64,000 bases of DNA from positions 42,323,468 to 42,387,467 of the forward strand of contig NC_068994.1 of assembly GCF_001194135.2 (NCBI RefSeq), in the 5' to 3' direction. This DNA comes from Octopus bimaculoides. Taxonomy: Eukaryota. The position numbers and the translations under genes are program-made. Below, one piece after another: positions 61,747 through 64,000 of this stretch. Under the pieces are notes generated by a model. The model saw only the letters and a program-made list of their open reading frames with translations, searched no databases and was not told where the DNA came from. Position 1 is the first letter of the stretch; every line of letters starts with the position of its first letter.

Positions 61747-62859
61747 AAAATTCATACATTTACACTAATTCCAAATTTCTTGAATAAAAGAATTGGAATT
61801 AATATTCTAAATACAATAAGTTAGGTCACAGCGTCATTTTTTCAGTCAAAATAACTCCTAATAACGAATAAAATCCATAAAACTATACAAATTAACATTT
61901 TCCCCCTAATAAAATCTAATTTTATATAAATCTAATTTATATATATATATATATATATATATAAGAAATTGAGATGACAAAGGAATAAACAGTAATCTTA
62001 TGAATTTCATTAGCCTACAGCTTTTTCTGCTATATGGTGATACGCTGGCACTCAACTATGAGTTCACTGCATCTCATAGCAGAAACAACTGTAAGCTAAT
62101 GAAATTCATAAGAGAATTGTTTATTCCTTTTATATTTGAATTTCTTATTGTTCTTCTGTACTTGATTAGCTCTTTGTCTTGAAATGTAAGAATACTAAGT
62201 TCAACAGTAGGTTATTAGTATCACAATGCCTGACCAAAATATTAAAACATGTATGTATGTGTGCGTGTGTGTGTGTGTGTTTGCGTGTATGCATATAAAT
62301 ACACAGGCACACACACACATGCACACACACACATGCACACATACACACACACGCACACAAGAGACTGTTTTTTCCCCCGTGAGTACAAGTATAATGAAAA
62401 ATGTCAAGCACCTCCTTCTCTAGAAGTTTCCTTTGTTGTTCCAAGTTTCATTTGCAATTTCCAGGAAAGAACAATTACCATTGAATTAATCCTTTTTTGC
62501 TTTTATTTTTCATATATTTTGCTGATGTTTTTTTAACATGTTCCCAAAAAGTTTTGTGCTGTGAGATTTTAGTTACAAATATGAATTAAACTACATTTCA
62601 TCACATACATTCATCATGGCAAATTAATACTGTTGTCATCTCATTTTAGTGTTGACTTTTGTTCTAGATTCCATGGCATTACAGTCTCTATGGTTTTGTG
62701 GAATTGGTTTAAGTTTTGGTTAATCTCAATATATTGGGTTCAATCTTTACTTTCATTGATTTCTTTCATATGTTTCTGCATTTCACCAATCTTCTTTAGT
62801 TAGGATCAGGAATTCCTAAAATTTTTGTTTGGATTTAGTAACATTAAATTCCTTGAAGG

Positions 62860-62902
<43 letters not shown>

Positions 62903-63769
62903 AGATAATAAAATATTTTCCCCTACAAGTATAAAGAAAGCTAAAGAAGATGAAAATGTACTTTAAAAAGATTTTATTTCACAACCATCGGAGCGCAAAG
63001 AGCTCTTCCCGAATGAAGGTTTGTGAGATGGTCGTGATTCGTAAATGGTATTGAGTAGGAGCTGGAAAGAGACATATGAACACATAATGTGCATGTGTTA
63101 AGTGGGTTCGTAAAACTGAAGAGAGGAATAAAAACACAAAGCACATGTCAAAATAGAATGGCAGAAAAGAGTAAAAACACAATGTGAATATCAAACACGT
63201 TATACGATGGTCTGCATGCCACATTTGACACCACTATCATGCAGCTTTGCTGAAATTTTCTTATTGACAATTAATTGGTATAGTTTGTCTCTGGCTGGAA
63301 ATATGTCATCAAAGGGGAGAGAATTTCTTCTCTAACAAACCTGAACGTTCTGTAAATTTAATTTTTCACTTAAACATCTTTTAATCCACTTTTTTGTTTT
63401 CATACAAAACAAAATGAAGCTCTAAAACTTTTCAATTTTCTCTTGTGATCTTGGTATTCCTAAATAGCACTATTTCATCTGGCTTGGGAATCATCAGCAC
63501 AGTACAACTCTTGATGCAAATCAATTATGTTAAATTCAACATTCTATAAAGTTACAAATCAGGAGAGAAGATAGATGACAGGAGATAGTTCATAGTTCAA
63601 AAGACATATTTTATGGTAGTTTTTTCTTCATTTCATTCTAATTTTTAGCTGTTTCACAGTAGGGAACGAGGAGATAAGCAGTGAGAGAGGTGGAGATTAA
63701 ACAGATGTGGTCACTTAGAAAGAACTTTTTCTTCACCCATTCCCTTCCGGTCATTTCAATATGTGACCG

Positions 63770-63959
63770 TATGTGTATCGTTGGTGATTTTCTTTCTCCA
63801 TCTTCCCTTCTTTGGACATTTTCTATATTTCTGATGAAGAGCTCTGCTCAAAACGTGAAATCCTCTTTCTTTTCTTTCCTTTCCTGAGCGTCCAAAAACA
63901 CAGTACTTGTTCCACATCCTCGCGTTGTTGTTTTTTCTTGCTCGTTCTTGTTTGGATTG

Positions 63960-63965
<6 letters not shown>
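63770..63965 (+). mobile_element. Penelope-like terminal segment with a minimal hammerhead motif
   Basis: ATTT-CTGATGA-AGAGC-TCT-GCTC-AAAAC-GTG-AAAT at 63827-63861. Confidence 0.55.

Positions 63966-64000
<35 letters not shown>

Larger units (their letters stand above)
1..64000. repeat. Abundant (TA)n, (CA)n/(TG)n, (TAGA)n, (TAA)n and (CATA)n microsatellites
   Basis: For example 1198-1265, 27612-27681, 49188-49273 (TA)n and 61667-61743 (TG)n; dozens of smaller tracts. Confidence 0.95.

Noticed and set aside
239-62536. Numerous YIYI/HTHT/CVCV ORFs in the track
   Set aside because: Translations of (TA)n and (CA)n microsatellites.

Overview
AT-rich, microsatellite-dense eukaryotic scaffold with nine N-gaps. 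The repeat landscape (tRNA-head SINEs, RTE 3' ends with (GAT)n tails, R4/Dong tips, mariner and piggyBac MITEs, long (TA)n/(CA)n) looks like a coleoid cephalopod, most likely Octopus; this is pattern recognition, not a database result. I find no confidently supported host protein-coding gene, rRNA, tRNA gene or CRISPR array, so the window reads as intronic or intergenic. Nearly all ORFs in the supplied track come from microsatellites, N-gaps or repeats. The only recognisable coding sequence is decayed transposon: a Helitron helicase piece, RTE RT/C-terminal pieces, a mariner, a DD37D (maT-type) transposase, R4/Dong C-termini, CR1-like pieces and a doubly deleted Gypsy element with its 3' LTR. 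The most interesting non-coding signals are two degenerate minimal hammerhead-ribozyme motifs in Penelope-like ends, several long fold-back palindromes and near-identical inverted repeat pairs (possible dsRNA/ADAR substrates if transcribed), SINEs with swappable 3' tails, and microsatellites apparently born inside TSD-bounded insertions. I see no clearly new biological system. Coordinates of degenerate repeats are approximate (about +/-10-20 bp).
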